A stretch of 64,000 bases of DNA. Origin: Lama glama (Eukaryota). Below are positions 25,901 to 37,061 of the stretch, one piece after another. Position numbers and translations under genes: made by a program. The notes beneath the pieces are model-generated. The model searched no databases. It was not told where the DNA came from and saw only the letters and a list, made by a program, of their open reading frames with translations. Positions within the stretch are counted from its first letter, which is position 1, and each line of letters starts with the position of its first letter. The stretch is taken from NCBI GenBank assembly GCA_028534125.1, contig CM052829.1:1364001-1428000 (forward strand), read 5' to 3'.

Positions 25901-28900
25901 CCCTTAAGGAAAGTGTACTGTGCCTGCGGCAGCCGCCCCAGGCCCCATGCGACCTTGACTGAGGGCGTTCGGGAGCAGGAGTCCCACCCGCATCCCGCTG
26001 CGGGTCAGCTCCCAGCATCCTGCCCACAGGTGTGAGCCCGACCTCTCAGGCCAGGCGCCCAGGAAGGCGGAGGAGTTTGGGGATTCACCCCGAGGCACAA
26101 GACCGAGGAGTGTCCGGTCCTCCCGAAGCCGCCGCTGGTCTGGCCGCCCCCCGTCCACCCGGCCCCCTGCTGCTGCCCGTAAGCCAGTGACCAGAAAACT
26201 TGGTGGGATTCGGGAACCTCTTCATTTGACACCTTCTCGGAGGAGTCAGCCCTGGAAGCAGCCACAGGAGGACCTTCTTGGATCTCTTCAGGGACACCTT
26301 TCACATTTGGCCTGTTTTGATGTGTGGGCCTGACTTTTCAAACAGGACAGCCCAATTTTAAAAGTAAAATCCAATCTGGGAAAATGTTCTCTTTTGGGGG
26401 AAAAGAGAGAATGCAATATGCCACGTAACCATGAAAAAAATCTTCATTTTATTTTGTTTTTTTATAGCACTTCCTGGGGAATGATTGACACATAAAAAGC
26501 TGTGCACATTTGCTGGATACAAACTGCCGGGCCTGGGGAGGGGTTGGCACCGTGACCGTCCCCACCCTCCACGCCGGTTGGTCAGTGGAGGGGCCCCTAG
26601 AGCGTCTGGAGCAGCCGGGAGAGTGGCGCTGCCCCGGCTCTCCGCGGCCACGTCCTCACCCCGGGGACTGACCGTGGGCTCCAGCGGCCGTGGCGCTGGC
26701 CAGCTCGGTATGGCGTCCTCTCTCCTGTGCTGCCAGGGCCACCTCCTCCAGGACTACAGCTTTGCTGCTGTCTCTGTGCAGAGAATGTGTCCTCCAGCCC
26801 ACGGCTCTCCTGCCTCCCCAAGGTGTGGTGGACACACATCTGCTCTCATAGAACCACCGCACCCCTCCCTCGCTTCCTCCCGCTGCTCCCACCCTCTCCC
26901 TGCGGTCCCCCGTCACTCCTGAGGCTCTGCGCTCAAGCTACCACCCCACAGCACAGCACGCCTGATCTAAGCCCCTTTCTCCTCCCCAGAGCCCTCGGGC
27001 CCACATCCCCGCCTCCGCCTTCGGTCTGCATGGCTCCCGTCCGGTTCAGAGAAAGAACCAGAGGTTCCCACGACAGCCTTGTCCCCCTCACCGACTCCAT
27101 TCCAGCCTCCCTGACCGGATGCTCTGAGCACATCCCTGCCTCTGGGCCGTCTCCCATGGGTCCCTCGGCTCGAGCCCACCCTGCACGTCCCGGCCTGATG
27201 CTCCGAGCACATCCCTGCCTCCAGGCCGTGTCCCGCGGGTCCCTTGGCTGGAGCCCACTCTGCACCTCCCGGCCTCTGCTCTCAGGCCGCGTCACCCAGA
27301 GGCCCTCCGTTCTGCACCTGGTCCCTGCAGTCTCCCTCGTCCTCCGTCACTCACCACCGGTCACACAACGTGACTCCACGTCTTCCTCCGGGAGCGTAGC
27401 CGTGGCATGAGGGCCGCCACCTGCTTTGTGCTCTTCACTCCCGGCCTCCAGCGCCCAGAGCAGCTCCTGCTGGCAGATGCTCACGTCTTCGTTTCCGGCT
27501 TCGTGGACTGAAAGCGCAGCCGTGCGGCTGGACCAGCAGGACGTCTCCCTCGCTGCTCCTTGCACACCTGCCTCTGGACAACACCTGAACAGACCCTTCT
27601 GCATCCCTGCCCCTTCAGGTGCTGAAAGCAGCCTTATCCCAGGCACTGAGCAGTCTGGTCCAGCTCGGTTTATCCCTGCAGCCCCCACCCCTCACCACCC
27701 ACCACCCGGCCCAGGGCCGCCGCGAGAGGGGCCCGCAGAGTGGGGACGGGGGTCTCCCACCACCTTCCTGCCCACCGTGGAAGCGCTCGGGGTGTACAAG
27801 TGGGCACCCCCCAGGCATCTAGGAGGGACGGACGAGCAAGAGGTCGACCTCCCCTCCTGGCAGACGCCCCCCCCAAGCAAGGACAGACAGGCAGCGCTCC
27901 GGCTCTCCTTGTCCTTGTTAGAAGGACAAGGCTCTCCAGGGAAACCCTCGCTAGCTCGGAGGAGTCCCACCTTCTCTGTCACAGGCAGGAGAGGAGTGTC
28001 CGATTAGAGGTCCCAGGGCCAACTCCAGTGACCCTCAGGAGGCCTTGCTCAGATGGGCCACACGCCCCTGGTGACGTCAGGCACTTGTCAGCTGTCACTT
28101 AAGCTGAGACTTGGCATCAAAGGAAAACATCCTCTTTACCATCTTCTTAGAAAACTTCTCCCCCGAAGACTCAAAAGCATCCACTTCAGAGCCGTGGCCA
28201 CTGAGCAACCAGGGTTTCTCACTGGGCTCGTCCCGAGTCTCCCCAGGGCAGGCCCCAAGCCCCCGCCGTGTCCTTTGTAAACAAGGGAAACACAGCGACC
28301 CTCGGAGGTGGGCACCCTCCCAACAGCACCCTGACGGCCGCCTCACTCGCCCCCAGGGAGTCGCTCCTGTCCGAGGCACTGAGACTTGGGCGAGGCCACC
28401 TCCCACCGCCGCCCCTCGGGGGACACTGCCCGGTCCGGTCACATGGACTCGAGGACGCATCCGTCTGATTCCCGGCGTCTTCCCGGAGCCTAGAGCTCTG
28501 CGTACAAGTGTTGTGAGGGACCCTGTCTGTGCCGAGTCTGTCCCCACCCCTGCTGTTGCAAGTGCACGTCACTGTTCGTTCCGTGCACATTTGCTCTATG
28601 AGGGAAATGCGTCCACACTGCGGAGAGGGAGTGATCAGCGAAATAAATATTCAAACCAGACGAATTTCATCCAACGTCCACAAACCAGTTCCAATCAAGA
28701 ATCAAATCGAATTTCAACCAACCACAAGTTGAAGTGAGACGTGTAGCCATGAGCACTGTCCCGCGCTCCCGAGACACAGCCAGCTGCACTCAGGTCCTGG
28801 GGACGCAGAGGGAGGAAGCCACCCTGGACACGCTGCTCCCACCCCCGAGGGGACACGCCATCGCCGCTAGCCTCGCGGCTGCCCTGAGGGAATCACCCCC

Positions 28901-29008
28901 CTCACCCCAAACACGCTCAGTGACACACAGCCCGCCAGTGCACTCAGGTGCCGGAAGTGGACCCTTGGTCTTTAGATTTTCTAAAAGAGATGAGCACAGG
29001 TTTTCTGC

Positions 29009-29061
29009 TTATAAACGATATCCAGACCCCGACTCCAGTGGTGTGACGCAGGGCCGCGCGG
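29009..29061 (-). CDS. Candidate last coding exon of a 61-aa ORF (PARPCVTPLESGSGYRL*)
   Basis: Very strong acceptor 'cctcttttgttttccttttcctgcag|'. Phase-1 reading gives TAA at 29011-29009. Confidence 0.3.
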
Positions 29062-30185
29062 CTGCAGGAAAAGGAAAACAAAAGAGGAACGTGGAGTTTC
29101 TTCACCTTCAAGCCAGACCACGGAGGAAGAAGCAAACTGCTGAGTAATAATGTTTTTCAATTAAAGCTCCGAAAGGTTGAAGGAGAAGCCAGGGAGCTCG
29201 GAAAGGCAAAATCCCGCCGAGGCAGACGAGCCGGCACGGCTGCTCCCCTTGCAGAGCCGCCCCCTGAGTGCAGCCCTGGGGCCCGTCACCAACTCCACAC
29301 CCACGTCGCCGAAAAGCAAGCGCCTCTGGGGCGAGTGGTCGGAGCTCAGGCGCGATCCAGGAGAGCGCCCAGCGTCCCTCACTCCGCAGTCAAGGGACCT
29401 CCAGCGCCCGGTCCCCTCTCTGCGCGGCCCTGGCTCTTTGCAGGGAGAATTAAACCGAAGAGAGCGAGTTGTTTACGCGAGTAGTTTCTGTTGCTCTCGG
29501 AGCCGTGTCCTGGGCCTTCTAGGAAGGCCTAGGAAAGCAAGCACGTCCCTTCCCGTCCACAGCTCGGAGGTGTCTCCGTGCGCCTCGCACGCTCCCAGTG
29601 ACGCTGGGAGGCGGGAAGGGGCTTTGTGGGGAGTTACACCGGGAAAGCCGCTCCCGGCGAGCCGCGTGCCTTCCCAACGCAGTCACACTGCCACCCAGGA
29701 ACACTCCGGGAGCAACGGACTGGGGAGGAAGTCCAGCCTCCGGGCCTGCTGCGGACCAGCAGCTGAAGTCAGCCTCCTTGTCGAGAGCAGCCCAGCGGGG
29801 CTGAGTGTGGCCACATGCTCGCTGTAGTTTGAGGTCCCGCCGCCCTAACCTTCCCCTCTCTAGTCTTTGGACAGATGAAGGGACCATCTGGAGGAAGAGT
29901 CATTTTATCTGATTCACACAAAGGCCTCCCATCGGCTGAGGGAGGAGGACAGAATTATGAGACGTTCCAGCTGCCGGGGGTGCCGCGGGCCCTCGCCTCC
30001 CACCCCTCCACCCCTCACAGCACAGGGGAGAAGCTAAGGGCCAGAGAGACCAGAGGCCAGAGCCACTCGCCGGGAGCCGTGAGGAAAAGTGCACATTCCC
30101 CGGCTCTGCACGCACATCAGGGGACGGAGCGGGCTGCTGTTGGCTGGGTTTTGAGGGCAGAAAGAATGTGTTTGAGCCACACAAC

Positions 30186-30690
30186 TATAATGGGAAAACA
30201 CGTCTGACTCCATGTTAGGTCTGTTCCGTTGGCTCCAAATGCCGGGCTCTGCGTCCTGGGCTGGGTCCTGCTGGTTCTGCACCTTCTGTAGAAGAATGTC
30301 GCCTGGAGCCTGACGTGGACGGGGGAGCCCGCTCTCCAGGCTCCGACCCTTAAGGGTAGGACACGTCTCCGCTCACAGAGATAAAAAGGTGCAGGACAGA
30401 GAACAGCATCGCCTTGTTGGAGGTTCACAGGAACATCTCGGCCTGGCCCACAGGGACAGCGGCAGGAACAAAGGCTTCCCACACCAGGAAGTTTGCAGCA
30501 ACCAGGCACAGCCCTCCCCTTTCAGGAGCCTGAACTGTGCCTTGGGGAGGACGGATCTCCAGGACATGAGTCCCCCATCTTCTTGGTCTGTCAGCTTTCT
30601 GAATAAAGTCACTCTTCCTTCCCCTGCACCTCGTCTCCTGATTTACTGGCCTGTCGTGCAGCGAGCAGAACGAGTTTGGACTTGACAACG
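30186..30690 (+). mobile_element. ERV1 solo LTR (cetartiodactyl MER41-like family), copy 1
   Basis: 'tctgactccatgtt..aagaatgtcgcct..ccttgttggaggttcacaggaacat..gaataaagtcactcttcc..tggcctgtcgtgcagcgagcag..tttggact'. Poly(A) signal at about 30602. Confidence 0.85.
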
Positions 30691-31379
30691 TAATCACAGC
30701 ACCACATAATTAAAAAATGCTAACTAAGCTCATCACTTGCATTCAGTTACTCTAAAGATTTCTTAATGCTGAATTGCTTTCTTTCTGGAAACCACCACAG
30801 CACGTCTAGAACGTTCCAGCATCCTGGGACGTAAACAGCTGACTCAGCTCTCTCACCAGGCGAAACCCCTGAGAGTGACTCTTGCATCCGTCATAAATTA
30901 TGTTGTCGGTCCTCCCAGTGTCAGGAATCATTCTTCAAGGATTTCCTTCCAAAAATGACGTGTAAGGGAGGAGTGTGCCCTCCACCCAAGGAGGAGAGGA
31001 CAGCCCCACGGTGAGGTCAGTGCAGACCCAAGGCGAGGTCAAGGCCAGGCCCCTCTGGCAGGGTGGCTGGAGGAGCTGGTCACATGATGACAGAGATGAA
31101 CAGCCTCCACTAAGCAGAAGTGAAGTGACACGGTCACGTGGTCCTGGTGGCGTGGGGAAGTTAAACTCTGTCCAAACACTGTTCGATACTCACAGGGAAT
31201 CACTAGCCCCCTCGTTCATGTCACCACCTTAATTACAAGTGCACTGACGGCCTTGTTAGCAAATGTTGGAGGAGATGAAAGTGGGAAAATAATGGTTAGA
31301 AAGTCAGTGCTTCCAGCAATGAGCAAGTGGAGTCTGAAAATAAAAACACACTGCCACTCACATTAGCGCCCCCCCAAAG

Positions 31380-31800
31380 AAACTGCGTAAGTACAGTGGT
31401 AACAGCTGTGTGCGAGGTCCATGGGGGGAGACAGAACTCTGACGAGGGACATCAAATGACACCCAAAGAAACGCCCTGCAGGGGAAGACCGGAGGGCACC
31501 TCCTCCCGCTCCACCTGTGAACTCACTGCGGTCCCACCCGAAATTCCCGTGGGGGGGTCACAGAAACTGGCAACCTGATTCTAAAGTTTCGCGGAGAGGC
31601 ACAGCCCGAGATGCCAACACTTTCACATTAACCCAGATAAAGGCTGACATTGATCCGGAACCTTCTGGCCATCAGCAGACAAGGTGATGGAGGCAACTGA
31701 CCGGGGGAGAGACAGTCGAGGGTGGGGTTTCCCTCCCCGAGGTCTGAGAAAATAAGGCAGACCCTCCAAATGCCAAGTTCTCTTTAGCCTCCACCCAGCA
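31380..31800 (+). mobile_element. L1M ORF2 fragment (GC-shifted)
   Basis: 'cagaaactggcaacctgattctaaagtttc' and 'cagcagacaaggtgatggaggcaactgacc' are collinear with L1 ORF2. Confidence 0.5.
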
Positions 31801-31811
31801 GAGGTACTTAC

Positions 31812-31886
31812 GGCTGCCTCGGCTCTCAAAACACACTCTTCTATTAACTTTCTGGGTCATATTTTTTATACGTTTTTTTACAAGCT
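31812..31886 (-). CDS. Candidate exon (75 nt, phase 1-1; ELVKKRIKNMTQKVNRRVCFESRGS)
   Basis: Acceptor 'cacgtgttctttag|', donor 'GCC|gtaagt', symmetric, open, in an AT-rich patch. Confidence 0.45.
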
Positions 31887-32089
31887 CTAAAGAACACGTG
31901 CAGTTCGTGCCAGCGAACCATCCTCCTCCAGCTAAACCACTGCTCCCGCAGTTTGGGTCCCGGGCACCTGCCAGACCCCAGACGCCCAGCACTGGGAGGA
32001 CAGACACGGTCCCAGGGCAGCCTGTTTGGGTTGCGGATTCCCCACATTTAACGGAGGAGACGAGGGTGCGACACTGACGGCTTGCTTCC

Positions 32090-32250
32090 ACCCGCCGAGT
32101 TGGGTGCACCGTCTGTGCCTCCGTTTCTACATCAGGAAGGTGGGCATGATAATAGTACCTGCATGACAGAGTCACCACGGAAATGTGCGAGTTGACACCT
32201 AGGAGGATGCTTGATGCTTGGCAGCTGCTCGATAAATGTCACTGTTACTT
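32090..32250 (+). mobile_element. MIR SINE
   Basis: 'ctgtgcctccgtttctacatc..ataatagtacct..gctcgataaatgt'. Confidence 0.65.
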
Positions 32251-32508
32251 ATCGACACCTTTGCTGCTTGTTCTCCAGAATCGTGTCCCAGGTCGTAACG
32301 TCCGACGGGCTTGTGACAATCGGCAAGGGAAATATAGGGAGAAAGCTATGCTAACGTGGCTGAACAGACATAATTCAAATAGTTTTAAAAAGCTAAATGT
32401 TTTAATTAAAATTGGTCCATTTTTATTCATCAAATGATGTGCAATTTAATTTTTTATTAAATTTGCAGTGTTGCATTCATTTCAGGCGAACAGCAAAGTG
32501 ATTTGGTC

Positions 32509-32546
32509 GCACGCACACACACACACACACACACACGCACGAGCAC
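32509..32546. repeat. (CA)n microsatellite
   Basis: Direct inspection. Confidence 0.9.
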
Positions 32547-32944
32547 ATCTGTTCTTCCCCGTGAAGGCTGCGGGCTGACAGCACCATGGCCAACCTTCTA
32601 AATCAGAGTTGGTGACATGGCGAGAATGCGGGCAGTGTCCCTCTGGCCACCGAGGAGCCCCAGTCACAGCTAAAGCTTCAGAGCCAATGGGGACGGCTCT
32701 CCGCACCACCGACAGCGGACGGGCCGTCTTGAGGGTCTGTGTCAGCAGCACTGGGGGAAGCAGCGTCCCTGCCTTCAGCCCACCGGTCCTCACATGACAA
32801 GGTGCAGGCCCTTAGTCTCCACGTGTGTGGCGGCGGAGACGTCCTTCAAGAACGTCCTGCTTCCTAACGTGCATTCTGGAGTCTCCCAGCGGTGAGGGGG
32901 CGTGCGGGCATTTGGGGGCCCCCTCGTAGAACGTTACTGCTTGG

Positions 32945-33270
32945 ATCTGCTGGGGCTGCTGTACCAGAGTACACACACGGGGGGCCTCTCAGTCCCGGGG
33001 CTGGACGTCCAAGATCCAGGTGCCTGCAGACCCAGTGTCTGGTGACAGCCTGCTTCCTGGTTCACAGACGCTGTCTTCTCCCTGTGTCCCCACGTGGAGG
33101 AAGGGGTGGGATCCTCTGGGCCCCATTTGTCAAAGCGCCAATCCCATTCAAGGGGGCTCCACCCTAATGACCCAATCACCTCCCAAAGGTCCCACCTCCT
33201 AACACCATCGGATTGGGGGTTAGGATTTTAACACAAGATTTTAGGACGACACAGACATTCAGTCTGTAGC
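32945..33270. mobile_element. MLT1A-like MaLR LTR
   Basis: 'gtccaagatccagg..ttcctggttcacagacg..ctccaccctaatgacccaatcacctcccaaagg..gacacagacattcagtctgtagca'. Confidence 0.85.
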
Positions 33271-34604
33271 ATTTAGCATCCATAATCCACTCCCATCACA
33301 TGACTACAGTGACCTGCAATCAGTGTCACCACCGGAGATGAGCCTACACTCCAAACAGCTTCTGGGACAGGGCAGTGCCCCCCCGCGGAGGAGGGCTGAT
33401 CTCGGGAGCCGGCAGGTTAGATGGGGACCCAGGGCAGCTCAGACAGCGCAAACCGGCACGCCCACGCGAATCAGGGACGGCTGCTCAGGTGGCGTCGAGC
33501 TGGCAGACCCAGGGCCCCTCTCGGCCAGCGTGGCGAAGGAGGGCCGGCTCCCGGGGAGAGGAGTCCTGGGCCCTCGCCCGTTCTCGCCTGGGTCTGAGTG
33601 CAGGGGAGACACCAGGAGTACTTCAGAACCCTAGAGCTGAACCCTGCACACCGCCTTTCCCCGCATGTCCCTGGAGGCTGGGGGACTTTGCCCAGTGAAA
33701 ATCCTGTAAAATTAGGGGAATGCAATTGTACAAACACTGGAACAAAGTAAATTTGTTTTTGGAGAGAGGAAATAGTTATACAAATCGCGGGAGCTGTGGA
33801 AATTCCAGGCCCTTTCTTCTGAGATCTCCTGAATAGTTTACCCAGAACGTCTCCTGATCGCAGCCTGGTCGCTTCCCCGCCGCTGGACAGTGCCCGGGGC
33901 ACCGGGCCCGCCCGGGCCAGCGCTGCGCGGTCCTCTAGGTCATGGACCGCCTGCTCCCGCTCCAGGGACCCAGCCCGAGGGGACAGCAGCGTCCTCGCAC
34001 CCCCGGGAGTGTGGGGCGGGACGGCTCCTGGCAGACGGAGGACGGTCCTGTCACAGGGCACTGAGCAGGACACTCGCATTAACGTGCCCCTGAATGGGCA
34101 CCAGCACTTGAAGCCAACTTGACACTTGACGAGCTGCAGGCCAGGGCCACCTCGTTCAGCTGTGTTCAGCGCTGCGCTTGGTCGCAGGGCGAAGGGACAT
34201 GTCAGCCCTAAAGTCCATGGGGTGTGCCCCAGTGAACTGAACCTGGAAGTACTAAGCATGGCCTACTTTTACTTAGAAGAGGACTGAAAGGGCTAAAACA
34301 AAGCGGGTGGAAGCAGGGTGCCCTCGCTAGGCCTGTGGCCTCAGCCAAGGACGCAGCACCTGAAGGAGCCGCCCCACCTCGCACGGCGGGCGGAGTGCCT
34401 GTGTCGCAGCTGCGCCCAGGGCTGAGCCGTTCAGCCCGGGCGAGCGCAGGTTTCCGGTTCAGGCGGCGCGAGGCCACCAGCTATGATCACACCTCGCTCC
34501 TGAGAGTGCGGGGCGGTAGCCAGCAGGAGTCACTGTGCGGGGCTGACGTCTCTGTGGGAACGATCGGGAGACGCGAAGAACAGGGCTGCCCGCTGGGGTC
34601 ATAC

Positions 34605-34662
34605 CCTCGTCTCTTTCTTCTATTGTCGTTTGAAGGGAGATTTTAGGTAGAGCACTTAACAT
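34605..34662 (-). CDS. Candidate first coding segment (MLSALPKISLQTTIEERDE, phase-1 donor)
   Basis: ATG at 34662 (A at -3), donor 'AGG|gtatga'. The other two frames are closed, and it joins in frame to 31886. Confidence 0.35.
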
Positions 34663-35069
34663 ACTTCCCGCACGCACGCAAAGTTTACGTCTTGGCTGAC
34701 GGATTTAAGGTGTTTGAAAAAACCTCTATTGGGTTGCAATGCACACAGGTCACCGCGCCCACCTGGGAAGGCGGGCTGCTCTGAGTTCATACCCCTGGAG
34801 TCCTCACCACGAGGCACGGGGGACACACGTCAGGGGGACAGGCCGCGACGCAGGACAGCACGTGTGTGCCTGAGGGACACTGGACCTGCGCTGCGCGTGG
34901 CCTGAGTAACAGAGACCCTCCTCACTCACGTTTTAGTAACATCGATGGGAAACCTGAAGTGGAGTCACCAGGCTTCGGACGAGTTGAGGTGACAGGACTC
35001 AAAGGGATCTTTGAAAATATCTTGAAGATAAAAACGATTCCTCACGATTACTGAGCTCATTGACACGCC

Positions 35070-35330
35070 CTTCACTTGAGGCGCCGAAGTTCACAGCGGG
35101 GAAGTAGCCGGCGCAGGAGGCAGCGCAGGAGGCAGCCTGCACGGAGACACGCAGCGAGGCCGCGCTTCACAGAACTAAGCCGGCAGCGCCGCGGTCTCAG
35201 CGCAGAGGTGGGGGCGGAGCCGGCGCAGGAGGCAGGGTCCCCGACGGGGGCCCCGCGCGGGGGGGGGGGCCGCTGAGGGCGGTCTTGAGGGGCACACGAC
35301 GGGGGGCGGCTGGCGTGCATTGTGAGGGGT
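35070..35330 (-). promoter_or_regulatory. Small CpG-rich promoter-like element
   Basis: CpG-dense with a GC box 'ggggcggagc' at about 35211. Lies just upstream of the minus-strand candidate exons (donors at about 35045 and 34930). Confidence 0.4.
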
Positions 35331-35461
35331 AGGAGGGTGGGGAACGCCTGGGGTAAAGGTGAGGGGAAACACGCTAAAGACAATCTGAGGTCAGGCGTGA
35401 GGGGGACAGGACGGGGAGCAGCTGAGGTGGGGCTTGGGAAGAAACAAGACGGGGAACACAT

Positions 35462-35965
35462 CGTCACAGGGAAGAGCAGACCGACTCCACGCGAGAGCTG
35501 TGCCTTTAGCTCCAACGCCGGGCTCTGCGTCCTGGGCTGGGTCCCGCTGGTTCTGCACCTTCTGCAGAAGAATGTCGCCTGGAGCCTGACATGGACGGGG
35601 GAGCCCGCTCTCCAGGCTCTGACCCTTAAGGGTAGGACACGTCTCCACTCATACAGATAAGAGGGTGCAGGACAGAGAACGGCATTGCCTTGTTGGAGGT
35701 TCACAGGAACATCACGGCCTGGCCCACGGGGACAGCTGCAGGAACAAAGGATTCCCACACCAGGAGGTTTGCAGCAACCAGGCACAGCCCTCCCCTTTCA
35801 GGAGCCTGAACTGTGCCTTGGGGAGGATGGTTCTCCAGGACATGAGTCCCCCATCTTCTCAGCCTGCGGTCCTTCCGAATAAAGTCGTTCTTCCTTCCCC
35901 TGCACCTCGTCTCTCATTCAATTGGCCTGTCGCGTGGCGAGCAGACACGTTTGGACTCGGTAACA
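35462..35965 (+). mobile_element. ERV1 solo LTR (same family), copy 2
   Basis: Core nearly identical to 30186-30690. Ends '..ttggactcggtaaca'. Confidence 0.85.
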
Positions 35966-36651
35966 GTGAGAGGCAGAAGCTGAGGGGGAACAAGACGGAA
36001 AACATCGAGGTAGCACAGCGGTGGGAGGATGTCTGAGGCAGAGTGTGAGGGTGCGAATGGGGCGCATGAAATGGAGACTGTCTGAGGGAGTGCATCGGGC
36101 TGAGCAAGGTGGAGAATGTCCAAGGTAGGCTGGGAGGGACGAGAGGGCAGGAGTCGGAGGGGGACACGAGGAGCTAGGTGGGGGACGTCTGAGCCGGCCT
36201 GTGAGTAGGGCCGAGGGGACCCACACCCCCAGCCGGGAGCAGATGCGTGTCCCAGGACCCGGGCCCAGAGCACCCCCACGTGCCCCTCCTGCGGCTGGAG
36301 TCCCCACATCTGCCCGGTACCAGGGCTTGGGTACGTCCATCCTCACTGCCCAGGGACAGGAGTGCCCACCTGCTGCTGCTCGGTGCTTCCCGGACCCTCC
36401 TCTGAGCCCTCAGACCCCTGAAAGCAGAGAGACCACCCTCTCTCTGTGCACAGACAGGCTGAGACTCAGCTCAGACGGCTCGAGTGTAGGACGTGCCGAG
36501 GGCTGCTGGGCTTTAAACTCGGGTCCGTGTCCATCCGTCTGTCTCTCCAAGCTGGGGTCTTTCCATCCCAGGGCCCTCAGCCCAAGCACTCAGAGCAGGG
36601 GGGGAGCGGGTAACAGGTGGGGGGGGCAGGTTCATTTCACTGGTCATTTTT

Positions 36652-37061
36652 CATTTTTTATTTGTTTCTCTCTTCTTTTTCCTTTTTATCAAAGCCAGTC
36701 GGTTTACAATGCTGTGCTGCTTTCCGGCACACAGCACAGTGGCTCAGCTGTACACGTGCCCTCCTTTCCCTGTTCTTTCCCACTCTAGGCTGTCACAAGG
36801 CGCCAACTCAGGCCCCTGTGCTGCACAGGAGGACCTGCTCGTTCGTCTGTTCTACATACAGCAGTGTGTCCATCCCACCCCTTTTCCCCCGGTGACCACA
36901 GGTTTGTTTTCTACGTCGGTGAGTCTGTTTCTGGTTTGTAAGCAAGTTCATTTGTGTCATTATTTGGGTGGACCTGGAGATCGTCATACTAAGTGAAGTA
37001 AGCTAGAAAGAGAAAGAAAAATGCCACATGACATCACTCGTATGTGGAGTCGGAAAAAATG
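36652..37061. mobile_element. 5'-truncated, 5'-inverted artiodactyl-type L1 insertion
   Basis: 36652-36962 is an L1 3' end on the minus strand; about 36965-37061 is the adjacent upstream L1 segment on the plus strand. TSD 'tcactggt(c/a)at(t/g)ttt' at 36637-36651 and 37062-37076. Confidence 0.8.

Noticed and set aside
30186-35965. Full-length provirus between the two LTRs
   Set aside because: No evident PBS/PPT or gag/pol/env similarity. The interior contains older MIR, L1 and MLT1A, and the outer flanks do not form a TSD.
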